From a virus, in the IMG/VR virus record IMGVR_UViG_3300025101_002824, positions 50,085 to 114,084 of that record: DNA of 64,000 nucleotides; one strand, 5' to 3'. Both the position numbers and the translations under genes were made by a program. Positions 36,805 to 49,200 of this stretch are shown one piece after another; position 1 is the first letter of the stretch; each line of letters starts with the position of its first letter. Under the pieces are notes generated by a model, which saw only the letters and a list, made by a program, of their open reading frames with translations, was not told the DNA's origin and searched no databases.

Positions 36805-39800
36805 ATGGCAACTTACTTACCAAATGTAAAAGATTATGTACCTGAATTGAAGGCATATACGCCTGATTTTAAATTTTTGTCTGATGCATTAGATCAAAGA
36901 CAAGACAGGTATAATAAAACAACCAAGCAATTAAACAATTTGTATGGTGATGTTGTATATGCTGATTTATCTAGAGAAGATAATCAAGCACTTAGAGATA
37001 GTTATGCAAAAAAACTTGCTCCTAAAATACAACAAATATCAGGGTTAGACTTTTCTTTGGCACAAAATGTACAAGCTGCAAAAGGTTTATTTAAACCATT
37101 CTATGAAGATGAAAAACTTGTAAGAGATATTGTTTATACAAAGACTTATAAAGATCAAATGGGTTTAGCTAACTCATATAAAAATGCTGCTAGTGATGAA
37201 CAACGTAAAAGATATTGGGATGATGGAGTCCAATATATGAATTATATGATGGATGATTTTCAAAATAAATCAAGATCAGAATCTATGAGTGTTCCATTAC
37301 CACAATATTTTGAAAACCCTAATCTGTATGAAAAAGCTATGGAAGTTTTAAATACAGGTGGACCAGATGGTAAAGGTTTTAAATCAACTCAAACATATGT
37401 TGATCAAACGGGTCAGTTTATTGTTACACAAGAAAATGGTATAGCATTATTAAGTAAACCTACAGGAAAACAAATAGCAAACCCTAATTTTGATCCTAAT
37501 AAAAAAGTATCTACATCTAATCCTAAGATGATTGAAGAGATGTATAACCCTGCTGCTAATCTTATAAATGAAACTATAACTGATGATCCTACTATAGTTC
37601 AAGGTTATCAAATAAAAGCATATAATAATGCAAGAAAATTTTATGAAGAAGAAGCTAAAAAATCTGGATTACCTGTAGATCAGTTTAAAAAACAATGGGT
37701 ACAAATGCAATTAGGTCAATTTGATGCTGAAAGTAAACAAACTTTAGAAAAAGAAAATGTTGAACTTAATAATACTAGATCTGAATTAGCAAGTTGGGAT
37801 TCTTATGTTAAAGAAGCTCCACTTATTGAAGGTTCAGAAGAATATCAAAAATGGTTTTATGCTATGACAAAAGGTGAAACTATTGAACAAGGTATTAATA
37901 AACTTGAACAAAAAAGAAATAATATATTAAATGGTGTTGATTCAGAAGATTTAGATGCACTTTTAAATAGAGGTTATGCAGCATATATTGCAAATACATT
38001 AGGTAAAGATATTTTTACAGCAGCTAGAGACTATGCTGATCTTACATCACAACATTCATTTGAAGAAAGTAAAATTTATTTAGAAAAACTTAGAGCAAGA
38101 AATAATAAAGATCTTGAACTATTTAAAAGAAGATTAGATTTAGAAGAACAAATTAAAAAAGATTTAGAAGAAATAGAAAGAAATAGCATTAGACCCAATG
38201 CTATACCAGGTGATTCAAGAGAAAATATTACATCTAGAGGAAATCAAATAGAAAGAAATGAAGCTGGTGAATTAAAAGTTCACAAAGAAATAAATACAAG
38301 AAAAATACAAACATTAGCTACTTTTTATAGAGTTATGGCTGATGATTTAAATACTCAAACTAATTTAGATAATATGGCTGGGTATTTACTTACAGATGCT
38401 AACAGAGGGACAGGTGAAGTTAAATCTTCCGGTATATTCTTGCCTAATCAAGCAGGTACAGCTTTACAATTTTATCAATGGGATGAAGCAGTTCAAGCTT
38501 TAAATAATAATCCACAAATTTTAGATTATCATTTTAATAAAATAAAACAAATACAAAATGATCCAGATTTAGCTGCATCATATAAAAAAGAAATAAATAA
38601 CAATGTTAGATCAACAGTAGGAGTTTTAATTGATGATATTGATTTAAGAAATGAAAAATTAACTGTTATAAAAGATCTAGAAAGTAAAGTATATAAAAAT
38701 GTTTTATCAACTATACCTGTTGACGATCTTAGAACAGGTTTAGGTCAAGAAAATTTATCTGATTGGAATATAATGTTATTTGATGAGAATGGTTATATGA
38801 TACCTACAGAAACATTATATAAAAATAAAGTTCAAGAAATAGTAACTAATATACAAAATTTAGCTCCTAAATCATTACCAAGTGATGCAGAAATTTATGA
38901 TCAAATTTTTGATCCAAAAACTAATAATATTATTACAATAGATCAAGGTATACCAGGAGCTTTATTAACTACTAAAGAAGCACAAGATGCAATGAAATCA
39001 TTACCAAATGATCCAAGTAGATTTAATCCACAAATGATAATGAAAGTTATGGGACAAGCTGTAAGAGCTAAAATGCTTAAAGATATAGCTAAAACAGTTA
39101 ATCAAGATCCTGGTACATTTCTTGTAAGATATTATCAACCAACTAGTGATGGTACATTTAAATTTGGTTATGGTGCTACTGAAGATTTTGCACCATCATA
39201 TGATACAGATGAGAGTAGATCTGCTTCTGATCCAAATACATATCCTATGCAAATTGCAAATGAAGTTTTAGAGTATGGTAGTTTTAAACAAATTATAGAT
39301 AAAGTTAAAAATCAAATGGCTGTTGAAATGGATAAAGAAACAGCTATTCCTTTTGAAACTACATTTGATTTTGATTCTTTTTATTATGGTAATCAAACAG
39401 ATGGTGATATGTCTATAGCACCTATTATACCTTTTAGATATGATGCTGGTACTAAAGATAAGTATGTAAATCAACAATTAGATTTATTTTTCTCTGCAAT
39501 AGATAATATGCCAGATAATCAAGTATTTATGACTGAAGGAGATGCTGGTGCAGCATTTAGCATGAAAATTAGTGAAAATGATAGAAGAACTGCTGAATTA
39601 GTTTTAAATGAAATTAGAGCTGATAGAAACTGGAAACCAGGTGGAGGTGCTGAAACCAAAGGTACTCCTGGATATAGAATAGAATATAGTGGTTATGGTG
39701 GTGGAGAATCAGCAGATGGCAAGTATGCAATGTATAAATTTATATTAGATGGTGATTATGCTAAAAGAATTGCTAGCAATATAGATGTTAATTTTGGTGA

Positions 39801-40230
39801 TGGTGATATAAAAATAAAAGATCAAACTATTACAGTATTTTTAAATAAAGAATTATTTAGTAATCCTTTAGATCCAGATAGACAAAATTTTTCTATGATT
39901 AAAAGTTTAATAAATGATCCAGTAAATCAAGGAACAGCTACATTAGATGTACCTAATGGAGGTCAAATTAAATTTGAAATGCAGAATGGTGTTGTATATC
40001 AAAAATATGCAACATATAGTTTTGACGGTAAAAATATGGTATTAGGAGATTTTAGTCCTATTCAACCATTAGTTACTACTGATGGTGCTCCAATAACAGA
40101 AAGTAATATAGATAGATTTTATATAGATCAAAAGAAAAAATTAGAACAATTAGCATCACAAAATTTATTATTACAAAAACAAACTAAACTTGAACAATCA
40201 CCGTCTGATGAAGATGATGAAGAAAACTAA
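36805..40230 (+). CDS. Putative cargo/ejection protein preceding the vRNAP
   Basis: 1141 aa; N-terminal YTPDFKFLSDALDQRQDRYN helical pattern; synteny. Confidence 0.6.
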   Translation: MATYLPNVKDYVPELKAYTPDFKFLSDALDQRQDRYNKTTKQLNNLYGDVVYADLSREDNQALRDSYAKKLAPKIQQISGLDFSLAQNVQAAKGLFKPFYEDEKLVRDIVYTKTYKDQMGLANSYKNAASDEQRKRYWDDGVQYMNYMMDDFQNKSRSESMSVPLPQYFENPNLYEKAMEVLNTGGPDGKGFKSTQTYVDQTGQFIVTQENGIALLSKPTGKQIANPNFDPNKKVSTSNPKMIEEMYNPAANLINETITDDPTIVQGYQIKAYNNARKFYEEEAKKSGLPVDQFKKQWVQMQLGQFDAESKQTLEKENVELNNTRSELASWDSYVKEAPLIEGSEEYQKWFYAMTKGETIEQGINKLEQKRNNILNGVDSEDLDALLNRGYAAYIANTLGKDIFTAARDYADLTSQHSFEESKIYLEKLRARNNKDLELFKRRLDLEEQIKKDLEEIERNSIRPNAIPGDSRENITSRGNQIERNEAGELKVHKEINTRKIQTLATFYRVMADDLNTQTNLDNMAGYLLTDANRGTGEVKSSGIFLPNQAGTALQFYQWDEAVQALNNNPQILDYHFNKIKQIQNDPDLAASYKKEINNNVRSTVGVLIDDIDLRNEKLTVIKDLESKVYKNVLSTIPVDDLRTGLGQENLSDWNIMLFDENGYMIPTETLYKNKVQEIVTNIQNLAPKSLPSDAEIYDQIFDPKTNNIITIDQGIPGALLTTKEAQDAMKSLPNDPSRFNPQMIMKVMGQAVRAKMLKDIAKTVNQDPGTFLVRYYQPTSDGTFKFGYGATEDFAPSYDTDESRSASDPNTYPMQIANEVLEYGSFKQIIDKVKNQMAVEMDKETAIPFETTFDFDSFYYGNQTDGDMSIAPIIPFRYDAGTKDKYVNQQLDLFFSAIDNMPDNQVFMTEGDAGAAFSMKISENDRRTAELVLNEIRADRNWKPGGGAETKGTPGYRIEYSGYGGGESADGKYAMYKFILDGDYAKRIASNIDVNFGDGDIKIKDQTITVFLNKELFSNPLDPDRQNFSMIKSLINDPVNQGTATLDVPNGGQIKFEMQNGVVYQKYATYSFDGKNMVLGDFSPIQPLVTTDGAPITESNIDRFYIDQKKKLEQLASQNLLLQKQTKLEQSPSDEDDEEN

Positions 40231-40238
40231 TATAAAAG

Positions 40239-43200
40239 ATGGCAGAAGAAACTATAAATTTAGATTTTCAACCTAATGTTCCTGACAATTCTAATATTAA
40301 TGAAGCAGTTGATCAAACAGCTTTAAATCAAGGAATTATTACAACGCCAGAGATTACACTTAATCCTCCAACAGGCGGTTATACTCCTACTAGCATACCA
40401 TCAGTTAATGTTGATTTTGAAAACATAAGAGATCAATTAATAATTCCTAATTCTGGTGAGCCAATACAAACAACTATTGATCCAACAGTTGTTAGAGGAG
40501 CTAATGGTTTAGCTAACATGATGAATTCTAATCCTGTTATTATGGATTATCCATATAATATGGATCCAAATTCTAGATTATTTAGATCAGAAAATGTTGT
40601 TGATGATCCATTAGGTCAAACTATTTTAGACTACAATGCTCCAGAATTAAATCAAACTGCTGTTTCTAATCCAATAGAATTACAACCATTAAATTTTGAT
40701 AAAAAAGCTACAAACTATGATAGGTATAATGCACCTGGTTTTAAACATTTATTTAATAAAATAGGATTTCATCCATATGTAGATAATGAAACTGTATATA
40801 ATGCAAATTCTACATGGTGGGATGAAAATGCTAGAATGAGAGGTCAATGGGGTAGAATATTTAGTACTGGATTTATGAGTACTTATGATGCAATAGCTGA
40901 TGCTTTTAATGGCAATTATTTATCTGGAGATACAGATGGTGCAGATGTATTTGAAGATGCTATGAGAATAGGTAATTCTTCTAAAAGTGGTATAGGTGCA
41001 TTTACCAATAATCTTATGCTTAACTCAGGATATACTTTTGGTATTCTTGCAAATATTGCTGTAGAAGAACTTGCACTTGCTGGTTTAGAAGCAATAACAG
41101 TTGGAGGTGCTACTCCTATTGTAGCTAGTAGAACAGCATATAATATAGTTAGATTAGGTAAAGCTGCTGATAAATCATTAGATGTACTTAAAGGTGCTAA
41201 ATCATCTGCAAACCTTGTAGATAAAGTAGAAGATGCTGCTACAGCTAGATCTTTTTGGCAAAATGCTGGTAGATGGACTATGAATGTTATGACTCCAAAT
41301 ACACTCAAAGCAATAAAAGAAATAAAGACTACACAAAATACAGCTAAAGCATTATCATTAATGGCTAAGACTGCTAAAACTGCAGGAGGTTTTTATAGAG
41401 ATGCTAGAATGTTTAATCTTGCAATAGCAGAAAGTAAGTTAGAAGCTGGTTTAGTACAGAATAAATTATATAATGATTTATTTCATGAGTATGTAGCAAA
41501 ATATGGATCTAGACCTATGGGTGATGATCTAAAAAAAATAAATAATACAGCGCAAGAAGCAGCATTTACTACATTAATGTGGAATTTTCCTGTTATTTTC
41601 TTTTCAAATCAATTTGTATTAGGTACTGCTCTAAGAGGATTTAGAGGATTATCTGGTGTATTTGGTAAAACTGCTGGATCATTAGGAAATAGAATAATGA
41701 GAAAGACAGCAACTAAAGGTGCAAAAGAAGCTGCTAAAACAGATGTTAAAATATTAAGTAAAAATAGACTTAAAAGAATATACGAAAGAGGATTATATGG
41801 TAATTTAAGAAATGCTGGTGCAAGCTTATTAAGATATTCTTCAGCTAATCTTGCAGAAGGTTTTCAAGAAATAACTCAAGAAGCTATTGCTGTAGGTGCA
41901 GAAGATTATTATAAAAATCTTTATAGAGATCCTGCAATGGGTGGTCTTGATGCACAAATGGCATCTATATATTCAGGTGCAAAATCACAAATGAGTGGTC
42001 AAGGGTTTGAAGTATTTATGTCAGGATTTTTAATGGGTGGTTTAGTTCAAGGTCCACAAAAACTAGTATTTAATGGATTACCAAATTTGTATAGCAGGTT
42101 TGCAACACCAGAAGAATTTGCAAAACAAAAAGAACAAGAAGAAGAATATCTAAAAGAAGCTAAACCAATACTAGAGGAAATGTATAATAATCCTCAAGAG
42201 TATTTTGATCCTAATAAGATCAATGCAATGTTTCAAAAAGAAGCTAGTCAGGATATGCTTAACTCTACATATGATGGAGATGTAAGATCATTTTATGACA
42301 AAAAAAATGCATTAATATTTAATCATTTATATACAGCAGCATCATTAGGTAAATTAGGAGACTTTGCTCAGTACCTTGAGGATATGTCTAAACTTGATGA
42401 TCAAATGTTAGCTGAAGCAATGCCAGATCAAAGTGCAGATGATATTAAATCAGGTAAGACTAGAGAAAGACTTACTGAAATGTCAGAAAAAGCTGATGAT
42501 ATGCGTAAAGCTTTTGACAAGCTTAATGAAGAAATTGTAAATCCTTTTGATCCAAATTTATACAAAGAAGGAACAAGAGAACAAAGAGAAGAAGCTATAA
42601 GATATGCTGCATTTGATCATGCTAGAAAAATGGCAATGTTTGCTAGAGATCAATTTAATAATACTGCAAAAAGAATATCATCTATTTATAATACATTAAG
42701 TACAGATCCTATTATTGCTAAAATGGCAGCTAATGATATTGATGTTCTTACAGATATACAATCATTAATTTCTGAAATAAATTTATTAAAAAATGAAATT
42801 GATATAGCAACAAGACCAACTGTTGTTACTGAAGAAGTTGAAGATGAAAAAACTGGAGAAAAATCAATAATAGAAAAAGAAGAAATACCAGAATTAAATA
42901 CAGAAGAGTCAGCAGCATTAAAAAGTAAACAAGCAAAATTAATTGCTTTACAAAATATATTTAATGTTATTACTGATCCTGCTAATGTTACTGAAAGAGA
43001 AATATTTTCAGATGCTGAATTAGAAAAAATTGAAGATCTTACTGAGCGTTCTAAAGAAAGAGCTGCACGTGATCAAAGAGTTAAAATTGTTGAAGATTTA
43101 AGAAAACAAATTTTAAGCACTGATGTTAATAGAGATGTAACATTAGAAGCTATTGTTAATATTATATCTGATAAAAATTTAATGAACTCATTTGGTGAGT

Positions 43201-46200
43201 TTGATGTTGCAAATAGAGATAAATTTAAAAAAGTATTTGTTGAATATTTAGATCTATTAGCAAAAGATTTAGGTGATAATATTCAATCAGATAAAATTGA
43301 TGATTATGTAGATTTAATTTTAGATTCTAAATCATTAACTCAAAGACAACAAATTTTAAGCAAAGCTGTAAGAACTATACTAGCTCCTCAAAATCTTGTA
43401 TCATTAGCAGAAAGAATTGAGCCTAGATTTAAAAGAGCATTTGAAGAAAACAAAAGAAATGTAACTCAAAGGCTAAGAGAATATTTAAAAGTTACTAAAA
43501 CAAATATTTGGTTAAATGAATTATCTGCTATAGGAGTATATCCTGATCATGCAGAATTAATTTCATATTTAGAAAAGAACGGACCAATACCAAAAACTTA
43601 TTATACTGAAAATGGTTTACTTAATGAAGCTGATTCTCAATGGGAAAAAGCAAACTATATTATTTCTGCTCAAGAAAATTTAACAAAAGAAGATAAACCA
43701 AAAGTACAAGAAACAGAAGATATAGAAGATGATATAGATTATGAAACTAATTTTGTAGATGAAGTAGATGAAACAGATGTAGAAGAAGAAAGACAAAATC
43801 AAGAAGGTGATTTATTTTTAAAACAAAAATATATTGACTATGTTAAACAAAGTTCTGCTTCTAATAAAAAGTATTTACAGTTTAGTGATTGGGTAAACAA
43901 CAAAGTATCTAAAAAAGCTAGAAGACAAGCAGTAGCTATAGAAGATATACATCAACAAGTATATAGCCCATTATTTTTAAAAAATAAAAATCTTCCTAAC
44001 TTTTATGATTGGTTACCTACTCAATCTAATAATGAAAAAGTATTAGATATATTATTGTTTAGAAATGTATCTTTTTATGATATTTTACCTAATACAGAAT
44101 CTAGCCAAACTTTTAATGAAAGTACTGTTAAATCTACAGATAAAGTTACAAAACATAAATCAGGATTAAATGTTACTGAAAGATCTACAGTTGATAAAGA
44201 AGATGGTAAAACTAAAAAAGTATATTTTATTACTGATAATAATAATAACCCTATTGATAGTAGTGCATATACATCTAAAAAAGATGCAACATTAGCTAGA
44301 AATAAAAAAATTAAACAAAAGAAAAAGGCACCTACATTTGATTTTGGTAATCTAAAAGGTTTATCTAAAGGTACTGTCCTTGTTAAAAATGGTGTTTTAT
44401 ATACTGTTGGATCAACAAAAGAAATGGTTGATAACTTTGGTAATTTTTATGTTGTTGAATCTTCTAAAGTAGGATCAAGAAAAGCTGAAGATAGAATTAT
44501 AATAGACAATATAGAAGATGCTAACACATATAAAGAAGCTAGTCCAGAAAATATTAACTATATAAAAGATGCATCCAAATTAAAAATAGAAGAAGCAGTT
44601 AAAGTTAATCCAACTTATGATAGAACAATTTCTGATAGGGTAGAGCAAATAGAAGATGGCATAACTAAACAACAAGCATTATTACGTAAGTTAGATCCTG
44701 AAAAAATAAAAACACTTAGATTACGTATTACTGTTGGTCCTAATCAATCTGAATTATCTAGACCAATAGAAGAAAAAGGTTCTTTTCAATTTGGAACTAA
44801 AAATGAAAATGTTAAAATTAAAAAGAATGCACAATTATTATCTATAGAAATATATGATGAAGAAGGTAGTTATGGATATTTTCAAGGTCCTGAAACAGTT
44901 CTTTTTACAGATGGACAAGCAAATCCTACACGTATTAGTCCATTTGAATTAACTGAATCTACTGTATTAGATTATTTTGATATACCAAATAAAATGTCTG
45001 CAGCTGATGCTTTAAGTATTGTTCAAAATAATTATGCTGAATCATATGAAATTTATAAAATTTTTAAAGAAGAACTTAAAGGAAGAGATATAATAGAAAC
45101 TGATTTAACTAATTATCCTCAGTTAATGCTTAAACTTTCTGAAGGTTCATTAACCAGAAGTAAATCTAATCCTTTAATTACTTTTGATTCACTTGAAACA
45201 ATGTTTGTTAGTGAAGATACTTCTAATACAATAGATGGAGAAAGACCTTACTTTATAATGGACTATAGTAGAAGGTATGAAAGACCTAAGAACAATAAAG
45301 AAAAAATGAAAGTTCAAGGTGCGCCTATAACTAATATAGATCAGTCAAGTGTTTTATTTGAAAATTTAATGTCAGAAGTTGATGAATTTGAAGCAAACTA
45401 TGATGTTTTAAATAGAATGGGTAAATACATTGCTTTTGTTAAATTATCTAATGGTAAATCTGCATTTGTAGGATTAACTGCTCCTGTCTATAGTCCTGAA
45501 AGTTTTAATGAACTTTTGCTTGAAATGCAAAATGAAGCAACAAGAGTTGCAGAAAAGAATGTTAATAAAGATGGTACTGTAAAAAATAAAACTGCAACAA
45601 AAGCATTTAATGAAAAAATAGCAGATACTATTTATTTAGCAGCTGAACCAGGAATATATATAGAATTAGGTATCTCTAATGTTGGTCAGTTATCTGTTAA
45701 ATATACTAACATGAATTTATCTAAAAGATCTAAAAATAGAGAAGCAAGAGGTTTTATTGGATATGATGAGTTAATGAAATTTAAAGATGTTCAAGAATTA
45801 ATAAATAGATTAAATGAATTTGTAAAACCTATATACCCAACTGGGTTTACATTAGAATCTATAAAAACATCTGTACAAAAAGGTGAAAATGATATTGCTA
45901 TATTAGGAACATTAGAAACAAGATTTACACCAGAAATAAAAAATAATTTTAGATTAGAGTTACGTGTAGATCCAAATGTTGTTAGTATTGATCAATTGTT
46001 AAGAAATGGTTTATCTACAAGTATGCCTGATTCAAGTGAAACAATAGATAAGTCAACACCTAAAGTAGATTTAACAACAGAAGAAAAACAAGATCTTGTA
46101 TTAAATGATTATGATAATGTAGATCCTAATTATGCTTTAGATATAGTTAAAAGAGATCAAGCCGGTGAAGAGTTAACTGAATTTGAAAAAGGCGTATTAG

Positions 46201-49200
46201 AAAATTTACCTGAAGATATGGTAGCTGGTCTTATTATTCAAGTTCAAAATGAAAGAACAGAAAATATATCAAATGCTGAAGTTGCTTTAAATCAAAATTA
46301 TCAAGGTATAAGTTTTAAAGCTGAAGAAGATTTAAAAACATTTGTTAAAAGATATTATGAAACAAGACTAGTTCAAATTAAAGGACAAAATCCTGAAATA
46401 TCTGAGTCAGATATACTTACTACTATCAATGCAGAAATGAAGGACATAGAAACAAATCCTGAAAATCCTTTATATGTTGGTTATCAAACTTTAAAAAAGA
46501 TACAAGAAGATTCTGATGGTAAAGCTTTTAAAATTACAGACAATTTTGATGGCAATGATATAGAAGATATAAATACTTTTACTAATTGGGTGCGTGATAA
46601 TTTAAATACAGATGTTATTAATATATCAGTAGATAATCTACAAACAAATATGATTAATGACAATATGTTAGTTGGTCAATTTATGTTATATGTAAATAAC
46701 TTACAACTAGCTGGAGAAATTAGTGTTGGTACAAATAATCCATTTAAATATCATGAAGCATTTCATGCTGTATTTAGAATGTTCTTAACTGAATCAGAAA
46801 TTAAAAGATATTTAAAAGCAGCTAAAAAAGATGTTTTAGCAAAACTTAGAAGTGAAGGAAAAACATTATCAAATGAATTAGCAGCATTTAGAAAACAACA
46901 TGGTTTATATGCTAAATTATCTAGAAAACAATTAGAAGAAAGATATTTAGAAGAATTTATGGCAGATGAGTTTGAGGCATTTAAAATGAAACAAAAAACA
47001 AATGTTAGCTCTGAAACTAAAAGTTTATTCCAAAAGATTATAGACTTTATAAAAGAAATATTAGGTTTTCCTGGATATAAATTAAATAGGTTATATAAAA
47101 ATATAGATGCAGGTAAATATAAACGTGCTGGAATACAAGAAAATAGATTTACTACAGCTGCATCAGCCACTCCTTCTATTGCTTATAAGTCTCTAACATT
47201 AGGAACTAAAAGAATTAAAACTATTACTGATACATCAGAGACTTTTAAAACAATTAATAATTATATGCCTAGTGATGATCAGCATATGATTATTTCTTCT
47301 GCTGCTAATCTATTTAACATGAGAAAAAATAATGCAGTTGATGCTGTTGATACAGCTGCTATGTTAGATGGTGCTATAAATGATATTATAGAAAACTATA
47401 ATCCTGATAGACAGTTTTATAAAGATAAAGGTGCTATTTGGTATATAGATAATATGAGTAAAATCAGAAACTACTATGATTCATTAATCCGTCAAAAAGA
47501 TGATGTTAAAGAATTAGTTAGACAAAGATTAGAAGAAATAAATAATGCAATATTAGTATCACAAGAAGAACTTGAACAAGAAGAAGCCGACTTAGGAGAT
47601 ATTACTGTAGATCAGTGGGATAAAACTACTGAAATGATTGGTGGTTTTGAAAGTGCTCCAAAACTTATTAGAGAATTAATAGGTAGTGTAAATATACCAA
47701 GTCAAGATATGTTTGGTAATAAATTTATTGGATCAGAAGAAAATAAAGAACGTGTTGTTGTAGGAGTTAATTACAGTAAAGTGTATGATTCTATTTTAAA
47801 AGCAACAGCTAATGAGCCTGACTCAAAGAAAATGTTTAAAAAACTTTGGGTTTGGTCACAAGGTAGTAATGTAGAAACAAGAGCAGTTGTTGTAGAAATG
47901 TTTAAACAACTAGGATTATTAGAAGCTGCTCAAGATGGAACACTATTTGATCCAGCTCAACCATTTCCAAGTATGAATAGTGAAACAGGTATAAAATCTA
48001 CATTATTTAATACAATTGTAAATGCATTTGAAAATTATACAACACCATATCTAATTCAACTAGTAGATAGTAAAACAGGAGTTGTTCAAATTTTTGAAGC
48101 AAATAAAGCTGATGATGCTCATAATACATTAGTACAATGGGCTGAATCATTTAATAGAAAATATGATGAAATTAGAATAGTTGGTAGTAAACAAAATAAA
48201 GCTGCTAGTAGAGCATTAGGTCAATTAGCACAATTTATAAATCTTACTTCTATTCCTGAAAATATAAATTTAATAGATAGATCTGTTGAATTATCAGATT
48301 TAGTTTTTGAAACTACAGGAATGAAGTTTGACTCTAACTATATTTTATTTAGTTTGTATAATAGACTTTCAGATTTAAATATAGAAATATCAGAAGATCA
48401 AAAACTTTTATTTGAAATAAATCAGTTTGCTGATCCAATGTCATATGAAGAAATTGATTTAATTATACAATCATTAAACTCTGGTGAAAATTTATTTTTA
48501 GATAATCAAGAGCTGGATATTGAAGAAGTTGATGAAGCTACAAGTGAAATACAACAATACTATGAAGGTGGTGTAAAAGGTAGACTTAGAAAAATTGCAG
48601 TAAATAATGGATATTTTGCTGAAACAGTAGGTGCTTCTACATTTATAAATGAAGAAGGTAATAGAATATATGGTCATCAAAGACCTACATATCATCTTGT
48701 TGAAATAGCAAGAATGACTACTGAAGATAACTATGTAGAAAATAAACAAGCAGAAGATTCATTTTTAGAAACAAACTTTTTATTAAATGATGATAAGTTT
48801 AAATCTATGCAAGAAAGTGGTCAGATTAAATTGTTCCGTATGTCAGGACAAAAAAATGGCGTTGCTAATTTAACTGCAGAAGGAATTATAAAAGAAAATA
48901 GAGGGTATAATAAAGGTGGTAGAATGGGTACTAAGTACGGTAATTTTACTCCACAACAATTTATTGTTTCTCTTATAAATAACTATACAGCTAACTATAA
49001 CAGAGTTAATCCAGAAAATTCTTTAATTGGTTCATATGTAAATACAAATGGTGAGTCTGTTGAGTTTGCAATAGCTCCATCTCTTATACGTGTTATTGAA
49101 GCAAGTAACACAGGAGATCTTGTTATGTTACCTGTAGAAAAAATGATAGAGTTTGATGCACAAGGAAGTATTAATCTTACTGATGAAGGATATAAAATAT

